32,000 nt of DNA from Demequinaceae bacterium (GCA_965250005.1 OZ252279.1:1740001-1772000), one strand, 5' to 3'; positions 20,114 to 28,956 are shown, counted from the first letter of the stretch. Numbers and translations are program-made. Notes: generated from the sequence alone by a model not told the origin.

Positions 20114-20746
20114 TTAGGCAGGCACGGATGTCAGCCCGTCGGGTGTGACGACGCCGCTAACCGGTACGTCGTGGTCTTCGCGTGGAAGAGGATTGGCAGC
20201 GTCGCGAAGCTCATCGGTGTACACCAGCGCCAGCAGCTTGGCGTCCGCGCTCGCGTTGGGAAGAGCTCGGTCATACCAACCGCCGCCCTGGCCCAGCCGT
20301 GTTCCGGTGCGGTCTACACCCAGCGCAGGGACGATGACGACGTCTGCCTCAGCGAGCGTCTCGGGTGGCAGGAATTCGCCGGATGGTTCCGGAGGCCGGC
20401 CGGGTGCACGCTCGGAGAGGTCGTCGGTTCCTTGGAATACGCTCCATCCTCGCTGGAGCCCTTCGCCGAGTATCGGCAAGAGCACTCGTACGCCACGATC
20501 AGCAAGGGACTCGATCAGGGGGAACGTTCCCGGCTCAGTTGCGCGCGATGCGTAGATGGAGACGCACGAGGCGTCGCGAACCGCGGGCAGGGCGAGCACA
20601 TGGGACGCGATGGCAATCGCGTCCTCCTCACGTCGGGTATCTGTGCGAGCTTCGCGAGCCTTGCGTACAGTCACACGAAGTTGGGCCTTGGCCTCCTCAG
20701 GTGCGAGGTCGCGCGCGAAATCAGTATCAGATTGGGTGGAGGGCAT
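20114..20746 (-). CDS. 5-formyltetrahydrofolate cyclo-ligase
   Basis: 210 aa; VIVPALGVDRTGTRLGQGGGWYDRALP, LVYTDEL, DVPVSGVVTP. Confidence 0.93.
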   Translation of the reverse strand: MPSTQSDTDFARDLAPEEAKAQLRVTVRKAREARTDTRREEDAIAIASHVLALPAVRDASCVSIYASRATEPGTFPLIESLADRGVRVLLPILGEGLQRGWSVFQGTDDLSERAPGRPPEPSGEFLPPETLAEADVVIVPALGVDRTGTRLGQGGGWYDRALPNASADAKLLALVYTDELRDAANPLPREDHDVPVSGVVTPDGLTSVPA

Positions 20747-20826
20747 GAAGCCAGTATCTCAGCGATCTCGCAAGCGCGCCAGGCGCTCGATGGCCGCCGC
20801 ATGCGCGGGAGGTTACGCTCGGGGCT

Positions 20827-21762
20827 ATGACAACGGTCAGCAGAGCGGCTATTCCGGCCGCTGGGAGGGGCTTACGCTTCCTTCCTGCTAGCAAGGCGAT
20901 TCCTAAAGAAATGATCCCGGTGGTCGATCGGCCCGCGATCCAGTACGTGGTCGAGGAGGCTGCCGCTGCCGGTTTATCTCAGATTGGCCTGATCACGAGC
21001 GCGGGCAAGGAGGCTATTCAGGCTCACTTCGCGCCCACGCCCGATCTTGAGGCGGCGCTTGAGGCGAAGGGCGATATCTCGCGCCTTGAGGAGGTCCGTC
21101 GGACCGCGTCCCTTGGGCACATGACGTATATCGATCAGGACGAACCGAAGGGCCTGGGTCACGCCGTCGCGTGCGCCGAGGACTTCGCAGCTGGCGAGCC
21201 GTTTGCCGTGATGCTCGGCGACGACTTCTTGGACGAGCGCGATCCCGCCTTAGAGACCATGATCGCGTTGCACGAACGCACGGGGGCGTCCGTGGTGCTG
21301 TTGCTGGAGGTTCCGAAGGAGTTGATCCGGCTCTATGGGTCGGTTGACCCGGTGAGCGTCGCGCTCGGCGATATTCCGGGCGAGGGCGGGATCCCCGCTG
21401 ACACTGAGATTCATCTGCTCAAGCGGCTCAACGAGAAGCCCGCGCCCGGCGAGGAGTACAGCAACCTGGCAGTCATCGGGCGGTACGTCTTCACGCCGGC
21501 TGTCTTCGATGTGCTGCGCCGGACGGTGCCCGGGCGGGGGGGCGAGATTCAGCTCACCGACGCCATCAATGAGCTGGCTCAGATGCCTGTCGACCAGGGC
21601 GGCGGCGTATATGGGATTGTGTTCCGAGGGCGCAGATACGACACAGGTGACAAACTGGAGTACCTCAAGGCCGTGGTGCAAATCGCGAGCGACCGCTCGG
21701 ACCTCGGCCCGGACTTTGTGGAATGGTTGCGTAGTTACGTGGCTGGGCGCGAGGAGGAGTAG
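20827..21762 (+). CDS. galU: UTP--glucose-1-phosphate uridylyltransferase
   Basis: AAIPAAGRGLRFLPASKAIPKEMIPVVDRPAIQYVVEEA, GLGHAVACAEDFAAGEPFAVMLGDD, YDTGDKLEYLKAVV. Confidence 0.97.
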   Translation: MTTVSRAAIPAAGRGLRFLPASKAIPKEMIPVVDRPAIQYVVEEAAAAGLSQIGLITSAGKEAIQAHFAPTPDLEAALEAKGDISRLEEVRRTASLGHMTYIDQDEPKGLGHAVACAEDFAAGEPFAVMLGDDFLDERDPALETMIALHERTGASVVLLLEVPKELIRLYGSVDPVSVALGDIPGEGGIPADTEIHLLKRLNEKPAPGEEYSNLAVIGRYVFTPAVFDVLRRTVPGRGGEIQLTDAINELAQMPVDQGGGVYGIVFRGRRYDTGDKLEYLKAVVQIASDRSDLGPDFVEWLRSYVAGREEE

Positions 21763-22995
21763 ATGGCTAGACGCACGCTTGCCGAGCACAAGGCGGCGCT
21801 TCTAGACGGCATGGATCGTATCGACGCGATCGAAGTCCTCATTGCCGACGCTACGGGCTCGATGCTTGCCGAGAGCCTCGTCCCCGATCACCCGCTCCCT
21901 CCGGTCGACATCGCGACGTGCGATGGGTACGCGCTGCTAGCCAATGATGTGGCGACGGCGACGGCGGACAAGCCCGTGACGCTCGCCGTTTCCCACGACG
22001 TGAGCTGGTCGCTACGTACGCCGCGCAGGCACGTCGGAGGAACGGCGGCCCGAATCTCCTCTGGAGCACCGGTACCGACCGGCGCCGACGCCGTAATCCC
22101 GGTTGGCGCAACGGACCTGGGCGTGGCCAAGGTTTCAGTCAACGCTTCTACGCGGGTGGGATCGAACGTGCGCAAGGCAGGGGCCGATGCGGCAGCAGGC
22201 AAAGCCCTGGTTCCGGCGGGCACCCGGCTGGGCGCGCAGCAACTGGGCCTCGCGGCCATGCTGGGCCGCAGGCGGCTGAGCGTCTATCCCACGCCACGCG
22301 TGGTCATCCTCGCCGTGGGCAAGGGCCTGACAGATCCCGGCGCACGCGGACAGGGCGGCGGCACTCCGGAATCAAATTCCCATGCGCTCGCGGTCATGGT
22401 CGTTGAAGCAGGGGCACATGCATATCGCGTGGGAAGTGTCCAGAATGACAGAATCGCGCTGCGCACGACAATCGAAGACCAACTGGTGCGGGCGGATCTC
22501 GTGCTCACCACGGGCGGGCTCAGCGGTGCCAAGGACGACACCCTCCCCGACGTGCTGCGGGACCTGGGCTCATTCGAGATATCTTCCGTCGCGCTGATGC
22601 CCGGACGTCGGCACGGACACGGCCACATTGCCGCCAGCGTGCAAGGCATGGACACGCCTGTGATCGCCTTGCCCGGCCACCCCGCGGCAGCACTCACTGC
22701 GTTCGAGCTTTACGTTCGCCCCGTGCTGCGGACCATGGCTGGGCACAGCGAGGTGGAGCGTCGGCGGGTGAAGGCGAAGTCTGCAGATGCCTTTGAGAGT
22801 CCCGCGGGAGCCGCGCAGTGCGTCCCCGTCTTGATCGATGGCGGCCGCAGCCAACTTGTCTCTCACGTGATTGGCGACCCTTGGCAGCCCGCGCTGGCAG
22901 ACATGGCGCAAGCCAATGCACTGGCTGTCATTCCCGAGGACGTCACCGGCGTCAAGGTTGGGGACCCGTTGTCCTGCATTATGTGGTCGGACTAG
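21763..22995 (+). CDS. moeA: Molybdopterin molybdotransferase MoeA/gephyrin family
   Basis: PLPPVDIATCDGYALLANDV, RISSGAPVPTGADAVIPV, GGTPESNSHALAVMV, LTTGGLSGAKDDTL, VIALPGHPAAALTAFELYVRP. Confidence 0.93.
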   Translation: MARRTLAEHKAALLDGMDRIDAIEVLIADATGSMLAESLVPDHPLPPVDIATCDGYALLANDVATATADKPVTLAVSHDVSWSLRTPRRHVGGTAARISSGAPVPTGADAVIPVGATDLGVAKVSVNASTRVGSNVRKAGADAAAGKALVPAGTRLGAQQLGLAAMLGRRRLSVYPTPRVVILAVGKGLTDPGARGQGGGTPESNSHALAVMVVEAGAHAYRVGSVQNDRIALRTTIEDQLVRADLVLTTGGLSGAKDDTLPDVLRDLGSFEISSVALMPGRRHGHGHIAASVQGMDTPVIALPGHPAAALTAFELYVRPVLRTMAGHSEVERRRVKAKSADAFESPAGAAQCVPVLIDGGRSQLVSHVIGDPWQPALADMAQANALAVIPEDVTGVKVGDPLSCIMWSD

Positions 22996-23018
22996 AGGGA
23001 GAGCGGCTCGGCAGACTC

Positions 23019-23615
23019 ATGTTCAACTGGAAGCCTGAGCAGCTCGCATGCGGTCCGCTCGTGGTGCGCCCCATTCGGAGGGCAGATCAGCACGATTGGC
23101 TTGACTTGAGGTCGCGCAACCGGGAGTGGCTCCGGCCCTGGGAGGCAACCTCGCCACTCGCGAAGCGCGAAAAAGGCATGTCGTTCAACGCCTTTGTAAG
23201 GCAAGAGCATCGTCAGTGGCGCCGGCGCTTGGCGATCAACACCGTAATCGAGTTTGACGGCGAGCTGGTGGGACGTATCGCGATCGCGGGCGTGGAGTGG
23301 GGGTCTGCGCGCACGGGGTCTCTCGGATACTGGATTGACCAGGTTTACGCGGGCCGCGGGATAGTGCCGCGCGCGGTCGGGATGATCACCAAGTACGGGT
23401 TCGCCGAAGGGCTTCACCGTGTGGAGCTTTCGGCGCTTCCCAACAACGAGGGAAGCCTGCGGATTGCGCAGAAGCTGGGTTTTCGCGATGAGGGCAGGCG
23501 GGAGAAATATCTGTTCATCGACGGTGCGTGGCGCGACCATCGCGTGTTCGCGCTCACTGCGGAAGACAAGCGATTTGGCGAGTACTGGGATTGCCCCAAG
23601 AAGCCCACTGGCTGA
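23019..23615 (+). CDS. GNAT acetyltransferase, RimJ-like
   Basis: MFNWKPEQLACGPLVVRPIRRADQHDWLDLRSRNREWLRPWEATSP...GYWIDQVYAGRGIVPRAVGMITKY...NEGSLRIAQKLGFRDEGRREKYLFIDGAWRDHRVFALTAED. Start trimmed from listed 22818. Confidence 0.92.
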   Translation: MFNWKPEQLACGPLVVRPIRRADQHDWLDLRSRNREWLRPWEATSPLAKREKGMSFNAFVRQEHRQWRRRLAINTVIEFDGELVGRIAIAGVEWGSARTGSLGYWIDQVYAGRGIVPRAVGMITKYGFAEGLHRVELSALPNNEGSLRIAQKLGFRDEGRREKYLFIDGAWRDHRVFALTAEDKRFGEYWDCPKKPTG

Positions 23616-23667
23616 CACGCCGCTTGGGGTCCGGCCCCTATGCCTTGGGTGGCCGTAACGTCAGAAC

Positions 23668-24660
23668 ATGCCTCCCGTTGGACTGCTCGCGATAGCCGCA
23701 CTTGGCATGGTGCTGGCGTACATTTTGCCCCAGCGCATCCGCGAACGCGGCGAATACGCGATGGTCCGAACCGAGGATCGTTACTCAGCGGATATGCGCG
23801 TCATCCGGTCGTCTGCCGAGCGCGCCACCCGCGCTCAAGCCCGGCCATCAACGGACAGCGCAGAGACACCGCTGTTGGTCACCGGCGCCGCTCGCGCGAG
23901 CGTCACGGCGTTGGGAGATAGCTCCATGTCCCGTCCCGCAGCTCCACTCGACAAGGCGGCTACCGTGGTGCGCCGCCAGGCGGTGTCCATGCGCCGCGAC
24001 CGGGCATCCGTGCTCGCTGAGCGTGCCGCGCAGGCCCGCCGACGCGGAACGGTCGGCGTGCTCGCGTTCCTGGCGACTGCGGCCACGTGGGGCCTTGTTG
24101 GCACCGCGATCGCGCCCACCTGGTCTGCCGTTGCCGCATCCACCGTTCTGGGCGGCGTCACCGTCGCGGGACGCCGTGCCGTTAGCGCCCAGCGCAGGGC
24201 AGACGCGACACTGATTCCGGTTGCCCGTGAGGTAGCGACCGCCGCCGCTGCGACGTCGGCGCTCCAGCGGCTGATGACTGACCGCGCGTCCGGGAAGGCT
24301 GTGGCGCCGTCGATTGAAGAGACTCAGGCCATTCGCGTCCTCACGGCCGTCGACCTGGTGCCGGCCACCGAGCCAGCCGAGCTGCCCGCACCCGAGCTTC
24401 CCGGCCGCGTTGCCGACCCGGGTTGGACGCCCGAGGTCGTGCCAGCCCCCACCTACACGCTCAAGCCAGCTGCTGCGTCGCGCACGCCACGTCCGATCAC
24501 AGAAGAGGACCTGGCGGCAAGCGCGCGGGCTGCGACCCGCGCTGCAGACAAGCGCGAGGCGGATGAAGCGACGCGCAAGCGAGCCGCCGCTGAGGACGCG
24601 CACCCGTCCACTGCGACGCTCGACGCGATCCTCGCGCGCAGGCGCCAGCAGACCGCATAG
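23668..24660 (+). CDS. Membrane protein of unknown function (positional equivalent of M. tuberculosis Rv0996)
   Basis: 330 aa with N-terminal TM and two internal hydrophobic segments; position after galU-moeA-rimJ matches the actinobacterial gene order. Confidence 0.7.
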   Translation: MPPVGLLAIAALGMVLAYILPQRIRERGEYAMVRTEDRYSADMRVIRSSAERATRAQARPSTDSAETPLLVTGAARASVTALGDSSMSRPAAPLDKAATVVRRQAVSMRRDRASVLAERAAQARRRGTVGVLAFLATAATWGLVGTAIAPTWSAVAASTVLGGVTVAGRRAVSAQRRADATLIPVAREVATAAAATSALQRLMTDRASGKAVAPSIEETQAIRVLTAVDLVPATEPAELPAPELPGRVADPGWTPEVVPAPTYTLKPAAASRTPRPITEEDLAASARAATRAADKREADEATRKRAAAEDAHPSTATLDAILARRRQQTA

Positions 24661-26422
24661 GCCCTCCCGCGAGTGGTAACCTGTTAGCCGCTTGAGGGGC
24701 TGTGGCGCAGTTGGTAGCGCGTCTCGTTCGCAATGAGAAGGTCAGGGGTTCGATTCCCCTCAGCTCCACCATGACGGGTTCTTTAGAACCCTGACCAAGT
24801 CGATGAACCCGGTTCTCCCCATCAGGGGGCAGCCGGGTTTTTCGATTCTCCAGTGCGCGTTTCGCGGGGTCGTGTCTAGCAGCAATTGCGAGCGTTTCGG
24901 CGTCGAGTAGTGCGTTGAATGGCTCGGCGAGTACGCCGTCAACGTCGGCGTCGTCGTGGATGTAGAGCCTCTCGAACATCGCCTGGTTGATCATCCGCCG
25001 CTGCTGCGGTGTCCCGCGTCGGTAGGCCTCGTAGCAGTCCTGGGCAAGTGAGAGGGCGGCATCCAGGTAGTCCGCGAGCTCTGTCGCGGTGGCATCGAAT
25101 GACTCGAGCCGCTCGCCTATGGTGGCCATGGTGCGGGCGATGCTCGCTTGCTCGGATTTGAACAGGTCGAGAGGGATTGCCGACGCGTAGTGCGCTTCCA
25201 GTAGTTTCTTGCGCTTGTCTTCCAGCGTGCGTTGCTGGCGCTCTAGTTCCTGCTTCTCCACTCTCGACTCGGTCGTGATCTGTTTGAGTTGCTCGGTCAG
25301 CGCGGTTTGCAGGGTCTCGCGTAGTTCCGGTGGCAGGGCGAGCGACTTGTAGTAGTCAACGACGTGCCTTTCGACTTGGTCGATCGATACTGCGGACATC
25401 TGGCAGTTGGTGCGTTTCTGGTGGCGTCCGAGGCAGACGAAGTATTCGTAGGTGTTGCCGTGCCGGTTGGTGGAGTGCTGGACGATGAGCCTGCTCTTAC
25501 ACGAGCCGCAGAAGATGGAACTCTTGAGGTAGTGGTGATGGCGCCGTATCTTCTCGCCGTTCTGCCGGGTAGAGAGCACGCCCTGAACTTTTTCCCAAAG
25601 GCCAGCGCTGACCAGGGGATCATGCCTGCCTGGGTAGGTCGCGCCACGGTAAACAACGATGCCTTTGTAGTAGGGGTTCTTGAGGATCTTCTGTAATTGG
25701 GTGACCAGGATCGGCTTCGAGGCACGGGTGGCCGTGGGCGCGGTGGAGAGACCGCGCGCATTCATCTGGTCGGTGAGTTCAGCGAGCGTGATGTCGCCTT
25801 CGGCGTAGCGGTCGAATGCCCACGCCACGAGCGGTGCACGTTCCTTGTCGATTTCGACGGATCTGGTTTCGCGGCCTTGGTCGTCAGCCGAGTGGACGTT
25901 GCGGTAGCCCAGTGGTGCCCGGGTGACCGTGCCGCCCGCCTTGGCCTTCTGCGACATTCCCTTGGAGACTTCGGCGGCGAGGTTGCGGGAGTAGAACTCA
26001 GCGATGGAACTCATGATGCCGTGCAGCAGCGTGCCCGACGGTGTCTCATCGATGTTTTCGGTAGCAGAAACTAGCTGCACGCCTGCGGCACGCAGCGCCA
26101 TATTGATTTCAACATCGTCGGCCCGGTTGCGGGCCAGCCGGTCAACTTTGTGGACGATGCAGTAGTCGACGGGGTTTTCGCGTACGAACTGAAGCATTCG
26201 CTTGAGTTCAGGGCGGTCGGCGGAGCGTGCTGATTCCCCACGATCAACGAACTCGCTGATGATGTCGGCGCCGATCGCTTCGGCTTTGCGCTGGTTCGCT
26301 TCTCGTTGGGCGGGAATCGAATAGCCCTCCGGATCCCCGTCGCGTTCGGCTTGTTCGCGTGTCGAAACGCGCAGGTACATGACGGCGAAAGGCCGCGACC
26401 GCGGTTCAGTGGGTGTCTGCAT
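24497..26422 (-). CDS. Large serine recombinase/integrase; frame continues antisense through tRNA-Ala
   Basis: MYLRVSTREQ...VDRGESARSADRPELKRML...HKVDRLARN; Recombinase domain (APLGYRNV...LTELTDQMN-like), zinc ribbon (IFCGSCKSRLIVQHSTN...YFVCLGRHQKRTNC), coiled coil. Start at MQTPTE preceded by GGAGG; listed ORF start 26623 is upstream. Confidence 0.93.
   Translation of the reverse strand: MQTPTEPRSRPFAVMYLRVSTREQAERDGDPEGYSIPAQREANQRKAEAIGADIISEFVDRGESARSADRPELKRMLQFVRENPVDYCIVHKVDRLARNRADDVEINMALRAAGVQLVSATENIDETPSGTLLHGIMSSIAEFYSRNLAAEVSKGMSQKAKAGGTVTRAPLGYRNVHSADDQGRETRSVEIDKERAPLVAWAFDRYAEGDITLAELTDQMNARGLSTAPTATRASKPILVTQLQKILKNPYYKGIVVYRGATYPGRHDPLVSAGLWEKVQGVLSTRQNGEKIRRHHHYLKSSIFCGSCKSRLIVQHSTNRHGNTYEYFVCLGRHQKRTNCQMSAVSIDQVERHVVDYYKSLALPPELRETLQTALTEQLKQITTESRVEKQELERQQRTLEDKRKKLLEAHYASAIPLDLFKSEQASIARTMATIGERLESFDATATELADYLDAALSLAQDCYEAYRRGTPQQRRMINQAMFERLYIHDDADVDGVLAEPFNALLDAETLAIAARHDPAKRALENRKTRLPPDGENRVHRLGQGSKEPVMVELRGIEPLTFSLRTRRATNCATAPQAANRLPLAGGPMRSAGACARGSRRASQWTGARPQRRLACASLHPPRACLQRGSQPARLPPGPLL
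24696..24768 (+). tRNA. tRNA-Ala (anticodon CGC)
   Basis: GGGGCTG/CAGCTCC acceptor; TCTCG-TTCGCAA-TGAGA anticodon arm; AGGGG-TTCGATT-CCCCT T arm; discriminator A. Confidence 0.96.
24806..24842 (+). terminator. Rho-independent terminator, + strand, downstream of tRNA-Ala
   Basis: AACCCGG-ttct-CCCC-atca-GGGG-gcag-CCGGGTT followed by a T-run. Confidence 0.6.
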
Positions 26423-26562
26423 GTGTTCCTCCTTCCACCCCGGCGCGCCCGAGCGGCGCGCCAAAATCTGCGCACTTCTGACATGGGGCTTCTTGAAGAT
26501 AACTCTCTTCACCCGACGAGTCCAGACGTTTGTCATCAGCAACTGTGGTCGCGAAATTGTCG

Positions 26563-27978
26563 CTAATTCGTGTCGTCGCTGGCACCGTAGAGCTCCTCGG
26601 TGTAGAGCCTGCAGCGGGCGCACAAATCATCCCCCAAGAGGGGCTGTTGAAGCGTGCCGGTTTGTGGAATCCTCGGGTCTGCGGCGAGGTCCAGCGGGAT
26701 TGAGATTCCGCACGCCGGTGAGTCGAGGTTCGGTTCGTCGTAGCTACTCCACAGTCGTGGCACCTCGGATAGGGGCGTGTGCCACTTTCCTTTGCCCCGC
26801 TTTGGTGGGTAGAACGTGACTTCGCGTTGGACATACAGCGCTCGGCCTGAGTAGTAGTCCACCCGAGACAGGTCAACTGGCGCGTAATCCGTGGTTGAGA
26901 TTGCGGCCGCGGCCCGTCGAGAAACGTTCGCCCGCATGCTTGCGCATGCGTCAGCAAACTCCGCCCGCGCTTTCGGCAGTGTGGTGTTGCCGCTTGCGAG
27001 GCGTCCCAGAAACTCGTCGACAGGAAACGTCCACCAATATCCTTGCCGCGCGAAGTACCAACCGACTGACTCGATCTCATACACATCGTCTGTATCGGCG
27101 AGCAAATATCCGAGAACCTGCCACGCAAACTTCTTTGAAAGAGCGGCGGTCTTCATGGTCTTCAACTCGACGAGTGCGTGGTCGATCATCATGTCGGCGT
27201 CCGCGCCCCCAAGATCGCGGCTGCGCGCGAATTCGGGATTGCACACGAGCTGAGACTGTCCGCTCAGGTCCTGTGAGGACTCGCGATGGAGCTGGACGAG
27301 TGCTGCGAGGTCCGGCGGAAGTCGCGGGTCAATGAGATCCAGCAGCTCGTCGAGACTCGCGTCGAGGCCCACCTCGAACAGGCGACTCTTCTGTGTGTTG
27401 GGATTGGCGATTCCACCCATGCGATAGATCTGCTCGTACATGGCAAGAAGTCCGCACATTCGCGACAACGCGAGTTCGTCGTCTAGTGCCAGCACGGACT
27501 TCGCCGGGTTGGCGCGATCCACGAGATCGGCGATCGCTCCGAGAAGCGACGTCCAGCCGGTGTCTGGTGCCCGCTCGCCGTGCGGTCGGCGCACGACTTC
27601 TTGCCAACCGAGGTAGGCCGTGAAGCTTTCTGGATCGCCGATTTCATACTGATACCTGAGGCGGTAGTCGAGGGCAGTGCCCGTTAGCGCCCAGGGGTAC
27701 CTGGACTGGTCGTCGGGGAGCACTCTCGCAGATGGCGGGACGAACCGCCGTAGGGTGTGCATCTCAACCGGTCCACTTGGGAGATTGATACTGCCTGGCG
27801 GATCGTCGGTATTCGCAAACTTCAGTTCTGCGGTATTTGGGAAGGCGCGCTCGAAGTAGGCCCTGATCGGGCTGTCTTTGTCGTCTAGGTGCGAAGTGAG
27901 CGACACATTTCCATACTGCCACCCACGGGTCAGGTCGCGCAGGACGGGTGCACTCCATGTGCTGAGCGCGATGATCAT
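26563..27978 (-). CDS. Uncharacterised 471-aa protein, candidate PD-(D/E)XK nuclease
   Basis: RSRDLGGADADMMIDHALVELKTMKT...AWQVLGYLLADTDDVYEIESVGWYFARQGYWW resembles D-x(n)-E-x-K core; C-terminal CARC. ATGA overlap with the upstream gene. Confidence 0.6.
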   Translation of the reverse strand: MIIALSTWSAPVLRDLTRGWQYGNVSLTSHLDDKDSPIRAYFERAFPNTAELKFANTDDPPGSINLPSGPVEMHTLRRFVPPSARVLPDDQSRYPWALTGTALDYRLRYQYEIGDPESFTAYLGWQEVVRRPHGERAPDTGWTSLLGAIADLVDRANPAKSVLALDDELALSRMCGLLAMYEQIYRMGGIANPNTQKSRLFEVGLDASLDELLDLIDPRLPPDLAALVQLHRESSQDLSGQSQLVCNPEFARSRDLGGADADMMIDHALVELKTMKTAALSKKFAWQVLGYLLADTDDVYEIESVGWYFARQGYWWTFPVDEFLGRLASGNTTLPKARAEFADACASMRANVSRRAAAAISTTDYAPVDLSRVDYYSGRALYVQREVTFYPPKRGKGKWHTPLSEVPRLWSSYDEPNLDSPACGISIPLDLAADPRIPQTGTLQQPLLGDDLCARCRLYTEELYGASDDTN

Positions 27979-28805
27979 TTTGGCCCTGAGTCTGTGAGGC
28001 CAGCCAGGTGCAGCATCGTGGCCGGTTCGACGACGCGGAAGACGCGCCCATCAAGCCGCCTGTCGCCGCCGATAGCGGCCCTCAGGCGCTCACGGCGGTG
28101 CTCATCGCCGATGAGCCACACAACGGCCGGAAACAGCCCGAGGCGGGTCTGTTCCCGGCCCGAGGCTCTGTACGCCTCATAGCTAAGGCATTTGCGGATC
28201 AGGGCTGGGATGGATTCGGTTGCGAGGTCGACTTCGATGAACCAACGGTCTTCGAAGTCGCCGATAGCACTCTTCAGCGCTAGGTCCGGCTTCAACACCT
28301 GCGCCGTGCCCTGACGACTCGTGAACTCGCGCCAGCAGGCCGGTTCCGTCTGCACGCCCAGCAACTCGAACCGTTCTTGGCGGCTTGCGTCCTCTAGCGT
28401 GACGCGCAGCTCGGCCACCGCAAGCGTGTGTGCCAGAAACTGGTGGGTCGGCTCGAACGGTCGAGTGCGCTTTGTGCGCGCCGGGTTCGGCTCGGCGCGC
28501 ATCAAACGGTCGCCAGCGGGCCCAACGCACCACACGTATGCGCTGGATCCACCTCGCACCCCGCCGATGGGCCGCTCAAGCCGGTGCAGCACCCGTCGCT
28601 CGCGCAGACGAGTGAGCACTCGATTGCATGCGCGGATCCCGGCGCCGCGTGTCGCATGTTGCCAGAAGTGGAGGCGTTGAATGTGGCCGGTGGTGACGAA
28701 GCGGTGTTCCCACACCACGTGCAGGATCGCCCAGTCACGCTCTGACAGCATCGAACGCAACGTAGAGACGTTGTGGCTACCGAGCCGATTGTTGGGAGGC
28801 GTCAC
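27975..28805 (-). CDS. Replication-relaxation family protein
   Basis: 276 aa; LSERDWAILHVVWEHRFVTTGHIQRLHF...NRVLTRLRERRVLHRLERPIGG...AYVWCVGPAGDRLM...THQFLAHTLAVAELRV...KPDLAL. Confidence 0.85.
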   Translation of the reverse strand: MTPPNNRLGSHNVSTLRSMLSERDWAILHVVWEHRFVTTGHIQRLHFWQHATRGAGIRACNRVLTRLRERRVLHRLERPIGGVRGGSSAYVWCVGPAGDRLMRAEPNPARTKRTRPFEPTHQFLAHTLAVAELRVTLEDASRQERFELLGVQTEPACWREFTSRQGTAQVLKPDLALKSAIGDFEDRWFIEVDLATESIPALIRKCLSYEAYRASGREQTRLGLFPAVVWLIGDEHRRERLRAAIGGDRRLDGRVFRVVEPATMLHLAGLTDSGPK

Positions 28806-28828
28806 CTGCAGCCTCCATGGACGAAAGG

Positions 28829-28847
28829 TGACGGCCAGGGGCCGTCA
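28829..28847. promoter_or_regulatory. Perfect inverted repeat between ATPase and replication-relaxation genes
   Basis: TGACGGCC-agg-GGCCGTCA (8-bp arms, 3-nt spacer) in a 151-bp intergenic gap. Confidence 0.35.
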
Positions 28848-28956
28848 GTCGTCTCCCGAAACGCGGCGGACGCGGCGGGTAGCGGGCGAAACACTGGTCG
28901 CTGGGTCGTCGCGACTGGACGGTCGACTGGACGGGCCTCCACTTGCGGTTCGTGCC

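Noticed and set aside
23848-24603. 251-aa minus-strand ORF opposite the membrane-protein gene
   Set aside because: Arg/Gly-rich shadow ORF without family signatures; the + strand ORF has TM segments and the expected gene order.
24497-24695. Recombinase C-terminal extension (QAANRLPLAGGPMRSAGACARG...) as a functional domain
   Set aside because: It is antisense to tRNA-Ala flank and the 3' end of the 23668-24660 gene; composition looks like non-coding high-GC read-through. Only the reading-through itself is reported.
26895-27335. Plus-strand ORFs opposite the candidate nuclease gene
   Set aside because: Arg-rich shadow frames, no domains; minus-strand frame is longer and overlaps neighbours in an operon-like manner.
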